64,000 nucleotides of DNA from positions 8,670 to 72,669 of the forward strand of contig DASYAX010000407.1 of the NCBI GenBank assembly GCA_036501045.1, written 5' to 3'. Positions 9,049 to 17,889 of the stretch are shown here, piece by piece (within the stretch, counting starts at the first letter, position 1; every line of letters begins with the position of its first letter). Origin of the DNA: Bryobacteraceae bacterium (GTDB lineage: Bacteria; Acidobacteriota; Terriglobia; Bryobacterales; Bryobacteraceae). The translations under genes and the position numbers were made by a program. Under the pieces are notes generated by a model. That model worked only from the letters and a program-made list of their open reading frames with translations, was not told the origin of the DNA and did not search any database.

Positions 9049-10463
9049 TTGCCTGCCACCTCGACTAAAGTTTGGTAAATCCATTTCTCGCCCTCATCGA
9101 GCGATTTCACCGGAACACGTTCGTCGTTGCCGTGCATCCGGCTTAAGTCTTCGTCTGTAATTGGGTAGGGATAAACTCCATAAACGGGAACGCCGCGGCT
9201 GCGCCATGCCACCGCGTCGGTTCCCGCCTGAAACAAATAGGGCGTCACCGGCGCACTCCAGATCGAATCGGCGGTCTTCGCCAGAGTCTGGTAAAGTTTC
9301 GTGTCGGTGGGCGATTCTTTCACGCCATGCATGATGTTTCGATACCGTGCATAAAGCGCGCCTTCGGGTCCTTTCAGCGAAGGCGTCGCCACGTCCACGT
9401 CCGGATCGTCGATCACTTTCTTGATCTCGGCAATCAAATCCTCTGTCTTCGTACCGGGAATCGTCCGGAAATTGATGGTGGCCGTCGCGGAGCCCGGAAT
9501 CACGTTGCCCCGAAAGCCCGCGTTCAGAAAAACAGGCGCAATCGTGTTGCGCATGATGGCATGCAGCAAAACATTTTTGCTGATCTCTTTGCTCGCCTCT
9601 TCCACCACCGCGGGATCGGTGCTGTTGACCAGGTTGTAGAAGTAGGTCGACATAGGCGGCTCACTGGTCTTCGCCAGCGTCAGGAAAAATTCCTTGGTGC
9701 TCGCCGTCAATTGCGGTTTGGTGTCGTATCGGGATAGTTTGGCAAGGGCGTTGGCCAGCCGGAAAATCGCATTGTCGGGCCGGGGCATGGAGGAGTGCGT
9801 CGATGTTCCATGAGCAGTGAGCAATAGTGTGACGCTTGACTTATCCGCCGTCGAAATGCTGACGTAGCGAACCTTGCCATCGGGCCGCTCCATGATCCAG
9901 CCGCCTTCATTGAGAGCAAATTCACAATCGATCTTGTCCCAATTCTTTTGTGCCAGCCACATGGTGTTGTACTGCGCGCCTTCTTCATCCGCCTCCACCA
10001 AAAAAATGACGTCGCGCTTGAGCGGAACCTTGTTCTTGGCAAGCTGCATGACGGCTTCGGCGAAAACGGCCACGCCGCCTTTGAAATCGATCGCGCCGCG
10101 CCCGTACAAATAGCCGTCCTTGAGCACGCCCGCGAATGGATCCACCGTCCATTTCTCGCGCTCGACGCCTACCGTGTCGCCATGCGATGCCAACAGCAGC
10201 GGCCGCGCGCTCCCATCGCCCTTCAAGCGCGCGATTAGGTGCGATTTCCCGGGTTGCGGAGTCGGAATAATATCGATTTGAAAACCCAGCGGCTTCAGCT
10301 TTGCCGCTAGCAAACTGTCAAGCTGGCCTTCGTTGCCCGGCGGGTTGCAATTGTTGACCCGTAGAAGTTCCCGCAGCAAGTCCGCAGTCGGATTTTGGGC
10401 CACTGATGCAGGCGCCGCGCAAAGCAATAGGGCGAATAACCAATTACGGTGACTAACCACCAT
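9045..10463 (-). CDS. Secreted M20-family metallopeptidase (dipeptidase/carboxypeptidase type)
   Basis: Signal peptide. Motifs ASHGDTVGV, GRGAIDFKGG and LVEADEEG match M20 metal and catalytic residues. Its stop overlaps the OMP start (ATGA at 9045-9048). Confidence 0.85.
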   Translation of the reverse strand: MVVSHRNWLFALLLCAAPASVAQNPTADLLRELLRVNNCNPPGNEGQLDSLLAAKLKPLGFQIDIIPTPQPGKSHLIARLKGDGSARPLLLASHGDTVGVEREKWTVDPFAGVLKDGYLYGRGAIDFKGGVAVFAEAVMQLAKNKVPLKRDVIFLVEADEEGAQYNTMWLAQKNWDKIDCEFALNEGGWIMERPDGKVRYVSISTADKSSVTLLLTAHGTSTHSSMPRPDNAIFRLANALAKLSRYDTKPQLTASTKEFFLTLAKTSEPPMSTYFYNLVNSTDPAVVEEASKEISKNVLLHAIMRNTIAPVFLNAGFRGNVIPGSATATINFRTIPGTKTEDLIAEIKKVIDDPDVDVATPSLKGPEGALYARYRNIMHGVKESPTDTKLYQTLAKTADSIWSAPVTPYLFQAGTDAVAWRSRGVPVYGVYPYPITDEDLSRMHGNDERVPVKSLDEGEKWIYQTLVEVAGK

Positions 10464-10546
10464 GAACCTCCAAGCCTGGAACAGAGTAATCTCTTACAGG
10501 TCAAGAATCGGCTCGGTCGTGGAGCGTACCTTTAGGTATAAGAGCG

Positions 10547-10575
10547 AGTATCGAAGAAGCGCTGCCCCTTGTCAA
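10547..10575 (-). promoter_or_regulatory. Candidate sigma70-type promoter for the M20/OMP/GWxTD operon
   Basis: On the minus strand: TTGACA (10575-10570), a 17-nt spacer, then GATACT (10552-10547), with an AT-rich stretch upstream. It lies about 80 nt upstream of the M20 start. Confidence 0.35.
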
Positions 10576-10602
10576 CCGCCTTTAGTAATGTATTTGAAAA
10601 AT

Positions 10603-11565
10603 CTATGGCTCGTAGTAGCCGGTGCGCGCGCTAACTTTCAGCGCCGCATCGCGCGTCCCGACCGTCACCGGATGGAAGCGCCGCGGCTCTTCGCGCACGT
10701 TTCTTGGATAGAACCCTAACAAATATTGCGTTCGCAGCTCTCGAATGATGTCCGCAAAGGCGCTATCGAGCTCGGCAAAGCCCTCCGGATAGAAAATCCG
10801 GCCGCCGGTGGACGCGGCGAGCGTAGCGAGCGCATGCTCCCCGCCCGTATTACGCCCGGCATCGTTAGCGATGGGCACCACTACGATCGGATAAAGGACC
10901 ACGTCCGCGCGCTGTGCTGCCGTCAGCGCATCGCCATAATGTTTGTAGCTCGTGGTGTCTCCGCCGTCGGTTACCACGATCATCACGTGCCGGCCCTCCC
11001 GATCGCTCAGCGTGTTACTCGCCAGATAGAGGGCATCATATAGAGACGTTCCGCCCTCGCCCTGCAAGCCGCGCAAAGCACGTTCGGCGCGCTTATGATT
11101 GCGCGAATAATCGACCTCCAGGTTCGTGTGCCAGTTGAAGCTGAATAACGCGAACGTGTCCTCCGGATTGCCCGCTCCCAACAACGTCGGAATGAAGCGC
11201 AGCACGGACTCGGTTTCATAGTGCAGATCGATCCGTGTGCTGCCGCTCGTGTCAATCAGAATCGCCACCGACAATGGCAGCGAAGTATTCCGTTCAAACA
11301 CGGCGATGTTTTGCATCACCCCGCTATCGAGCACCTGAAAGTCTTCCTTATCGAGATTCGTCAGGATGGCGCCGTTTGCGTCCCGCACCGAGACCAGCAG
11401 CCGGACTAAGTTCACCTTGATGGAAAAGGTCGGCGCCTCCGCCGATTGTTGGCGCGCCGGCGGCGGATGATTCGGATTCACCGGCTTAAACTGTCCCCAG
11501 CCGGGTGTCCCGGCACATACCAGGACCAGCCCCGCCAGCCAGCGGACCGCTTTACGTTTCGCCAT
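10603..11565 (-). CDS. VWA-domain protein (acidobacterial VWFA-related type), secreted
   Basis: Signal peptide MAKRKAVRWLAGLVLVCAGTPGWGQ at the internal ATG 11565. MIDAS-like motifs LIDTSGST, GGTSLYDAL and VVTDGGDT. Confidence 0.8.
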   Translation of the reverse strand: MAKRKAVRWLAGLVLVCAGTPGWGQFKPVNPNHPPPARQQSAEAPTFSIKVNLVRLLVSVRDANGAILTNLDKEDFQVLDSGVMQNIAVFERNTSLPLSVAILIDTSGSTRIDLHYETESVLRFIPTLLGAGNPEDTFALFSFNWHTNLEVDYSRNHKRAERALRGLQGEGGTSLYDALYLASNTLSDREGRHVMIVVTDGGDTTSYKHYGDALTAAQRADVVLYPIVVVPIANDAGRNTGGEHALATLAASTGGRIFYPEGFAELDSAFADIIRELRTQYLLGFYPRNVREEPRRFHPVTVGTRDAALKVSARTGYYEP

Positions 11566-12274
11566 GCCTCGACGAATCTGCCAGCAACCGCTCATCCCAC
11601 TCTCCGTCGACCCACACCGCGCCATCCGCGAAAAACTCCTTTTTCCAGATGGGAACTTCGCGCTTCAGACGGTTGATGCCCTCGAGAGCGGCCTCAAACG
11701 CCGCTTTGCGGTGAGGCGCAGTCGTGACCACGGCGACGCTTGCCTCGCCAATCTCCAGCCGTCCCAGACGATGGATCATGCCAATCCTGCCGACGGCGAA
11801 CTGGGCCGCGATCTCCCGGCCGATCCGCGCCATGGAGTTCTTTGCCATCTCTTCATAACACTCGTATTCCAGGTGAAGCGTGGCGCGTCCCTTCGTGTTG
11901 TTGCGCACCACCCCTTCAAACACCACCACCGCGCCGTCCTCCGGCCGCTGTAAGATCTCCGCCAGCCGCCGGGAATCGATCTTCTCGCGGATGATGGCGA
12001 AAAAATGCCCGTCCGCCTCCGGCGAGCCGCAACCACCGCTCACCGGCGGCAAAAAGGCGATCTCATCCTCGTCAGCGAGAGCGGTATCCGGCGCGGCAAA
12101 CTCCCGATTCCTTGCAAATAGAATCGACGGGCGCATCCGGTTCACGGTTTCGAAGCGTTCCGCGTACCCGGCAAAGACGCTCTCAAGCGTAGCCCCCGCG
12201 GGAACATCGAGCGCTTCCTCGGTCCGCCCCACCAAATCCTTCAGCGGCCCGAAAAATAACACCCTCACCCGCAT
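11552..12274 (-). CDS. moaDE: Fused molybdopterin synthase, MoaD (sulfur carrier) plus MoaE (catalytic subunit)
   Basis: The N-terminal ~82 aa is a ubiquitin-like MoaD ending in FLPPVSGG. After a short linker (CGSPEADGH) comes MoaE (VVVFEGVVRNNTKGR, MIHRLGRLEIGEASVAVVTTAPHRKAAFEA, PIWKKE). The 3' end overlaps the VWA gene start by 14 nt. Confidence 0.85.
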   Translation of the reverse strand: MRVRVLFFGPLKDLVGRTEEALDVPAGATLESVFAGYAERFETVNRMRPSILFARNREFAAPDTALADEDEIAFLPPVSGGCGSPEADGHFFAIIREKIDSRRLAEILQRPEDGAVVVFEGVVRNNTKGRATLHLEYECYEEMAKNSMARIGREIAAQFAVGRIGMIHRLGRLEIGEASVAVVTTAPHRKAAFEAALEGINRLKREVPIWKKEFFADGAVWVDGEWDERLLADSSRHGET

Positions 12275-12456
12275 GTCTCAAATGCTAACAAGGGGCGGCT
12301 ACCTCAAGCGCTACTTTTGAATCCGTTCTTCGATGCGCCCGGAATGCCTCCTCTCTGAACGTTGATGAACTGGCGGAGGCGATAGCCGAGTGCGTTTGGA
12401 CTCATCCGCACAACCTGCGTCAGTGTAAAGTCGCTGGCATTGCGCGACTCGTCTGA

Positions 12457-13521
12457 CTAGTCACAACCTAGCAGGGGATTGCCGCGGGCAATGCTACCAC
12501 TCCCATTTCGCAAGCCAACCCGGCAACTGGATTGCCGTGCCACCAGGCGAGGAGGAATCAACACGCAGCGGGGAACCGGTGGAGACTTGGCGCGCATGCA
12601 TTCAACCAGGATATTCGCGCTGGTTTCGCCGATCTTGGAGGCGCTTTGATCGATCGTGGAGAGCGGCACCCGCAGCAGATCGGAATAATGAACGTTGCCG
12701 GCGCCGATAATCGCCATATCTTCCGGAATCCTCGCGCCGCTCTCAAGTATCGCCTTGATAGCGCCTGCCGCCACTGGATCGTTATAGCAGAATACTCCGT
12801 CCGGCCGGCGTTTCAAGCTTAGAAGTTCCTTCATCGCGCGATAGCCGCTTTCATCGCCAGTCCCGCCTTCTACCACCGATTGCGAAAGGCGTTTCCGGCC
12901 GCTCTTTGCGATGGCGCGCTGAAAACCCTCCAGGCGGCGTGCTCCGTTCGGGTTGTCGGGGCCTCGGATGTGAGCGAGGCGCGTGCACCCCTGCTCAAGC
13001 AGGTGCGCGGTCGCCAGCTCTCCCAGGTCTTCGTCGCGGGTGCCGACATAGTTGACATTGACTCCCGCCGGCATCCGGTCAATCAAGACATATGGCGTGT
13101 CATTGTTTTTTAAAACGTGCGGGATCCCGCGCCGCCAATCGCGTTGCGCGGAAGCCACCACCAGCCCGTCCACGCTTCGCGCCAACAGCAGCTCGATTTC
13201 CCGCCGCTCCGTCGCCGCATCTTCGTCCGAGTTCGCGAGTACGATCTGGTATCCGAGCGGCCCTAACTCCTTCGTCAGGCCGTTGGCTACCTCGGCGAAG
13301 AATGAGTGCATCAAATCCGGGATGACCAACCCGACGATAAATGTGTGCCGGCTTACCAGACTGCGAGCGATCCAATTGGGTTGGTATTTCAACTGTTTGG
13401 CCCGCCGCAGAATGCGCTCACGCGTTTTCTCGCTGATGTCCGTATGGCCGCGAAGCGCCTTCGACACCGTCATCAGCGACACGCCCAGATCCCCCGCGAT
13501 GTCCTTCATCCGAACAGCCAA
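12457..13521 (-). CDS. LacI-family transcriptional regulator
   Basis: N-terminal HTH MKDIAGDLGVSLMTVSKALRGH, followed by a periplasmic-binding-protein-like sugar-binding core. Confidence 0.85.
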   Translation of the reverse strand: MAVRMKDIAGDLGVSLMTVSKALRGHTDISEKTRERILRRAKQLKYQPNWIARSLVSRHTFIVGLVIPDLMHSFFAEVANGLTKELGPLGYQIVLANSDEDAATERREIELLLARSVDGLVVASAQRDWRRGIPHVLKNNDTPYVLIDRMPAGVNVNYVGTRDEDLGELATAHLLEQGCTRLAHIRGPDNPNGARRLEGFQRAIAKSGRKRLSQSVVEGGTGDESGYRAMKELLSLKRRPDGVFCYNDPVAAGAIKAILESGARIPEDMAIIGAGNVHYSDLLRVPLSTIDQSASKIGETSANILVECMRAKSPPVPRCVLIPPRLVARQSSCRVGLRNGSGSIARGNPLLGCD

Positions 13522-13599
13522 GAAAGAAACCTCCTCTCGAAAGCCTACCTGGAATAGTCCTCGATAGCAAGCGGACGTAATTCTCCTTTACCGCTACAA

Positions 13600-13609
13600 T
13601 TAGCGCTAA
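13600..13609. promoter_or_regulatory. Candidate LacI-family operator (perfect 10-bp palindrome with central CG)
   Basis: TTAGCGCTAA is a perfect palindrome in the divergent lacI/GH27 intergenic region. It fits the general AANCGNTT core of LacI-family operators. Confidence 0.35.
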
Positions 13610-13627
13610 AGAAAATATAAAATACTC

Positions 13628-13656
13628 TTGACAAGCACTCGTAAAGTTATCGAATT
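13628..13656 (+). promoter_or_regulatory. Candidate sigma70-type promoter for the GH27 operon
   Basis: Perfect TTGACA at 13628-13633, preceded by an AT-rich stretch (GAAAATATAAAATA). A weak -10 (TCGAAT or CGAATT) lies 16-17 nt downstream. This would give a leader of about 220 nt. Confidence 0.3.
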
Positions 13657-13882
13657 GAAGTCGCGCCGGTACTTTCTGGTAGACTCCACGTTTGAGAACG
13701 GTTCCGTCCGTCGTCTCGCCATCCACTCGCTAGCCGGCGCACTGTGCCGAATCGCGAATCCGTGGGAAAGAGCGCGCGTTACCATCGAACGGGATGGAAT
13801 CCGCGCCGAAATGCTCGAGGGAGAAACGTTGACATTTCGAACCAGGAAAGGCGAACAAAATCGCACTGCTACATGAGGCGTT

Positions 13883-15385
13883 ATGAAGAAATTGCTAATC
13901 GTTCTTTTGTCGGCCCAGACCTTGTGCCTGGCGGCCGATTTGACAGGCAATTGGGTGGCTCTCGATCCTCGGCCCGACGGCACCGTCCGAAGGACCTATT
14001 TCAACCTCAAACAGGACGGCTCGAACATTACGGGCTACATTCGCGGCAGCCAGTTCTACTACCAGATCACTGAAAGCACCGGAGGCCCGGATGGGTTCAC
14101 TCTCACCGGCAGCATGCCGGATGGCAGCAGCACGCGGCACGCCAAGTACGAGGGAAAGCTGGTTGGGGACGAACTGCAAATCAGTACCCGCCGCCGGCCG
14201 GATGCGCCGATCACCGAAATGGTCGCGCACCCGGCGCCGGCCGGTGAAGGCGCGCTGCCCGCTCGCTTGCCGCTTCCCGCGCTGCATCGCGTGCCCTACA
14301 ACGGCCTCGCCAAAACGCCGCCCATGGGCTGGAACAGTTGGAATAAATTTGCCTCCAAAGTAGACGATGCCGCCGTGCGCGCGGCCACCGACGCGATGGT
14401 CTCGACCGGGATGAAGAAGGCCGGCTATATCTACGTCAACATCGACGACACTTGGCAAGCCGGCCGCGACGCGCAAGGAAACATTCAAACCAATAAGAAA
14501 TTCCCGGACATAAAGGCCCTCGCCGATTATGTTCATAGCAAAGGTCTCAAGCTTGGCATCTATTCGTCTCCAGGCCCCAACACCTGCGCCGGCTACGAGG
14601 GCAGCTACGGACACGAAGCGCAAGACGCGAAGACCTACGCTTCCTGGGGAATCGATTATTTGAAATACGACTGGTGCGGCGCCCGAACCATCTATAAAGA
14701 CGAGGACATGCAGGCCGTCTATCAGAAAATGGGCGATGCACTCGAAGCCTCGGGCCGGCCCATCGTGTACAGCCTCTGCCAATATGGCCGCGCCGACGTG
14801 TGGAAGTGGGGTCCCGAGGTCAGTGGAAATCTCTGGCGAACCACCGGCGACATTCGCGACACCTGGGATTCCATGACCAAGATCGGCTTCAAGCAGGGTG
14901 AGATTGCCCAGTATGCCGCGCCGGGTCATTGGAACGATCCGGACATGCTCGAAATCGGCAATGGCGGCATGAATGAAACGGAGTATCGCACCCATATGAC
15001 GCTCTGGTCGATGCTCGCCGCCCCACTGCTTGCCGGCAACGATCTCGAACATATGTCACCGGAAATATTGGCGATCCTCACCAACCGGGATGTAATCGCC
15101 CTCGATCAGGACCCGGCCGGCAAGGAAGCCACTCGTATTGCGAAAGCCGGCGATTCCGAAGTATGGATGAAAGAGCTCGCGGGCGGCGCGAAAGCGATTG
15201 CCCTCTTTAATCGCGCCACAGAGCAAGCCAGCGTCTCCGTAAAATGGACCGATGCCGGCTTCACGCGCGCGCCCAAGCGGGCACGCGATCTTTGGCTTCA
15301 CAAAAACGTGGCCTTACACGGGTCGGAATATTCGACGGCGGTTCCCGCACACGGTGTGGTGGTGCTTCGTGTACCGGCCGCCTAA
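13883..15385 (+). CDS. Alpha-galactosidase, glycoside hydrolase family 27, with an extra ~110-aa N-terminal domain
   Basis: Signal peptide. GH27 motifs PPMGWNSWNKF, YVNIDDTWQ, YLKYDWC and DPDMLEIGN. Confidence 0.85.
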   Translation: MKKLLIVLLSAQTLCLAADLTGNWVALDPRPDGTVRRTYFNLKQDGSNITGYIRGSQFYYQITESTGGPDGFTLTGSMPDGSSTRHAKYEGKLVGDELQISTRRRPDAPITEMVAHPAPAGEGALPARLPLPALHRVPYNGLAKTPPMGWNSWNKFASKVDDAAVRAATDAMVSTGMKKAGYIYVNIDDTWQAGRDAQGNIQTNKKFPDIKALADYVHSKGLKLGIYSSPGPNTCAGYEGSYGHEAQDAKTYASWGIDYLKYDWCGARTIYKDEDMQAVYQKMGDALEASGRPIVYSLCQYGRADVWKWGPEVSGNLWRTTGDIRDTWDSMTKIGFKQGEIAQYAAPGHWNDPDMLEIGNGGMNETEYRTHMTLWSMLAAPLLAGNDLEHMSPEILAILTNRDVIALDQDPAGKEATRIAKAGDSEVWMKELAGGAKAIALFNRATEQASVSVKWTDAGFTRAPKRARDLWLHKNVALHGSEYSTAVPAHGVVVLRVPAA

Positions 15386-15411
15386 ATGCGGCGTTGGAGA
15401 ATGAAGAAAAG

Positions 15412-16293
15412 ATGCGTCATTCAAGGCTGATCCGTTTCGAGATAATGCTGGTCTTTGCGGCCGCCTGCGCCTGGAGCCAGGAGCCGCCCACCGCTGGTGC
15501 GGGCCAGACCCGACCCGGAGGCGATGACACGGTTAGCGCTGCCGCCCTCGCCGGGTCCAAGCAGGATCCCGCCGCAGTCGAGCGCGGCGGCAAGGTTTTC
15601 GCACAATACTGTGCTGGCTGCCACGGTGTCGCCGCTAAAGGTGGCCCGGGCGCGCCGGATCTGGTCCGGTCTCTGCTTGTTCTGGACGACGAGAAAGGGA
15701 GCTTGATCGCGCCAGTCGTTCGGGAAGGACGCCCCGACAAGGGGATGCCGAAATTGAATCTCAGCGAGGCGCAAATTTCCGACGTCGTCGCCTGGCTGCA
15801 CGTCCGAACCTACGCCGCCGGTCATCGTGGAACCTATACCTTCCGCAACGTCGTGACCGGCGACCCGAAGCAAGGCGAGATCTATTTCAACACGGCAGGG
15901 AAGTGCAACACCTGCCATTCGCCCACTGGCGATCTCGCGGGTATTGCCAGCAAATATGATTCGCTCTCGCTGCAAACCCGCTGGTTGGAACCACGGGAAC
16001 CCAGACGCAGAGGCCGCGGCGCCTCGGCGCATGCTGCGTCCGCGAGTCCCGCGACGCCTCACGTCACGGTCACCCTCCCTTCCGGAGAATCGTTTTCCGG
16101 CACCTTGGATCACATCGATGACTTCACCGTCTCCTTGCGCGATTCCAGCGGCCAATTCCATTCGTTCACGCGCGATGGCGCGACCCCCAAAGTCGTCGTG
16201 CATGATCCGCTCGAAGCCCACACCGAAATGCTCCGCCACTACACCGACGCTGACATCCACAACGTAACCGCCTATTTGGTGACGCTGAAATGA
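15412..16293 (+). CDS. Dihaem c-type cytochrome
   Basis: Start taken at the internal ATG 15412 (MRHSRLIRFEIMLVFAAACAWSQ signal). Two CxxCH motifs (CAGCHG, CNTCHS). The stop overlaps the next gene start (ATGA at 16290-16293). Confidence 0.8.
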   Translation: MRHSRLIRFEIMLVFAAACAWSQEPPTAGAGQTRPGGDDTVSAAALAGSKQDPAAVERGGKVFAQYCAGCHGVAAKGGPGAPDLVRSLLVLDDEKGSLIAPVVREGRPDKGMPKLNLSEAQISDVVAWLHVRTYAAGHRGTYTFRNVVTGDPKQGEIYFNTAGKCNTCHSPTGDLAGIASKYDSLSLQTRWLEPREPRRRGRGASAHAASASPATPHVTVTLPSGESFSGTLDHIDDFTVSLRDSSGQFHSFTRDGATPKVVVHDPLEAHTEMLRHYTDADIHNVTAYLVTLK

Positions 16294-17888
16294 ATATCCG
16301 CTGCCTCTTCCCACTCGCCTTGCTCGCCATCCCTGCCGCCGCTTTTGGTCAGGGTCTCGATTCGGCCGCTCTGTTGAAATGGCACGCCAACAGTTGGCCG
16401 ACCTACAACGGCGATTATTCGGGCCGCCGCTTCAGTCCTTTGGCGCAAATCAACAGCGCCAACGTGCATGACTTAGCGCTCGCCTGGGCAGCGCGTTATA
16501 CCAGCAGCAACGCCGGTCCCGGAATTCAGATCAAGGCGACGCCCCTTCTGGTAAACGGCGTCCTTTATTTCTCGTCGCCCAACAATGTCTGGGCTGTCGA
16601 CGTGCGGACCGGCCGCGAGTTATGGCACTACACCTACCCGCCCAATACCGGCAGCACCATCGGCAACCGCGGCGTCGGCATGTATGAGAATTGGTTGTTT
16701 TTCGAGACCCCGGACAGCCACCTGGTCAGTCTCGACGCAACTACCGGCAAAGAGCGCTGGAAAGTGGAGATCGCCGACCCGAAGCTCGATTACACTTCGA
16801 CCGTCGCGCCGGTAGTCGTCGGCAATCACATCATCGTGGGAATTGGCGGCGATCATCTCGATAATCCTGGCTTCCTTCAATCGCGCGACCCGGAAACGGG
16901 AGCCCTACAGTGGAAATGGTGGACCACGCCGCGCAAGGGCGAGCCGGGTATTGAAACGTGGCCCGACGAATATTCTTCCGCCCACGGCACCGGACAGACC
17001 TGGATCCCCGGCACGTACGACCCGGAACTCAACCTCTACTATCTCGGCACTGGCAACCCGAATCCGGTCATGGCTGGACAAAGCCGCGCCGGCGCTAATC
17101 TTTTTACCTGCTCCATTGTGGCCCTCAATCCCGATACCGGCAAGCTTGTCTGGTATTACCAGGTCTCGCCGCACGATGTACACGATTGGGATGCGGGCGA
17201 GACACCTGTGCTGATAGACGGAACAATCGACGGTAAGCCTCGCAAATTACTCGCCCAAGCCAGCAGAAACGGATATTTCTTTGTGTTAGACCGGACCAAC
17301 GGCAAACACATACTGACCCGCCCGTTCATCGACACCCTCAATTGGGCAAAGGGTTTGAACGCGGAGGGACAACCCATCGCAAACGTCGAGAAGTACCCGG
17401 CGACCGATGGAGTACTGGTATCGCCTTCCGCGGGTGGAGCCACCAACTGGCCCCCGCCCAGCTTCGATCCCGCCACTGGCCTGATGTATGTCGGCTCGAA
17501 CCGGCCCTACAGCATGTTCTACCTGATCGATACGGATCCACGCCCGGAAGGTTGGGGTGGCCTCGATCGCGCGGCTGGCGGCGATGGCGGGGCGCTGCTT
17601 GCCATCGACTACAAGACCGGTAACATCGCCTGGCGGCACGATTGGCCGAGCGGCACGGGCGTTGCGTCGATGTTGTCCACCGCCGGCAAATTATTGTTCA
17701 CCAGCAATGAAAATTATCTGGTCGCTTTCGACACCGTCAGTGGCAAAATCTTATGGCATGCCGGCCTCACCGCAAATCCCACCGGCGGACCCATCACCTA
17801 TGCGGTCGACGGCAAGCAGTACGTCCTCGTAGCCGCGGGCGACACGCTATTCGCCTTCACGGTGAATCCGGGTTCTGCAAGCCATTAG
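16290..17888 (+). CDS. PQQ-dependent dehydrogenase family protein (quinoprotein beta-propeller)
   Basis: Signal peptide. YNGDYSGRRFSPLAQINSANV plus repeated propeller blades typical of the methanol/ethanol quinoprotein family. No adjacent Cys-Cys pair is seen. Confidence 0.85.
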   Translation: MNIRCLFPLALLAIPAAAFGQGLDSAALLKWHANSWPTYNGDYSGRRFSPLAQINSANVHDLALAWAARYTSSNAGPGIQIKATPLLVNGVLYFSSPNNVWAVDVRTGRELWHYTYPPNTGSTIGNRGVGMYENWLFFETPDSHLVSLDATTGKERWKVEIADPKLDYTSTVAPVVVGNHIIVGIGGDHLDNPGFLQSRDPETGALQWKWWTTPRKGEPGIETWPDEYSSAHGTGQTWIPGTYDPELNLYYLGTGNPNPVMAGQSRAGANLFTCSIVALNPDTGKLVWYYQVSPHDVHDWDAGETPVLIDGTIDGKPRKLLAQASRNGYFFVLDRTNGKHILTRPFIDTLNWAKGLNAEGQPIANVEKYPATDGVLVSPSAGGATNWPPPSFDPATGLMYVGSNRPYSMFYLIDTDPRPEGWGGLDRAAGGDGGALLAIDYKTGNIAWRHDWPSGTGVASMLSTAGKLLFTSNENYLVAFDTVSGKILWHAGLTANPTGGPITYAVDGKQYVLVAAGDTLFAFTVNPGSASH

Positions 17889-17889
17889 C

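Noticed and set aside
12275-12456. The 182-nt spacer between lacI and moaDE, considered as a Moco riboswitch. It also contains a short frame reading ..DFTLTQVVRMSPNALGYRLRQF.. that resembles an AraC- or Fis-type HTH remnant.
   Set aside because: I could not recognise the Moco RNA motif architecture. CUCGGC and GCCUCCG elements are present but only 4 nt apart. The HTH-like frame is about 50 codons with no credible start. Deciding would need a covariance-model search (Rfam RF01055) and blastx. A weak lacI terminator hairpin (AGTCGC/GCGACT, 12429-12449) is also too weak to call.
13628-13876. The 82-aa ORF in the leader of the GH27 gene.
   Set aside because: Its TTG start coincides with the putative -35 box, there is no ribosome-binding site, and no family features are present. 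It most likely belongs to an untranslated leader.
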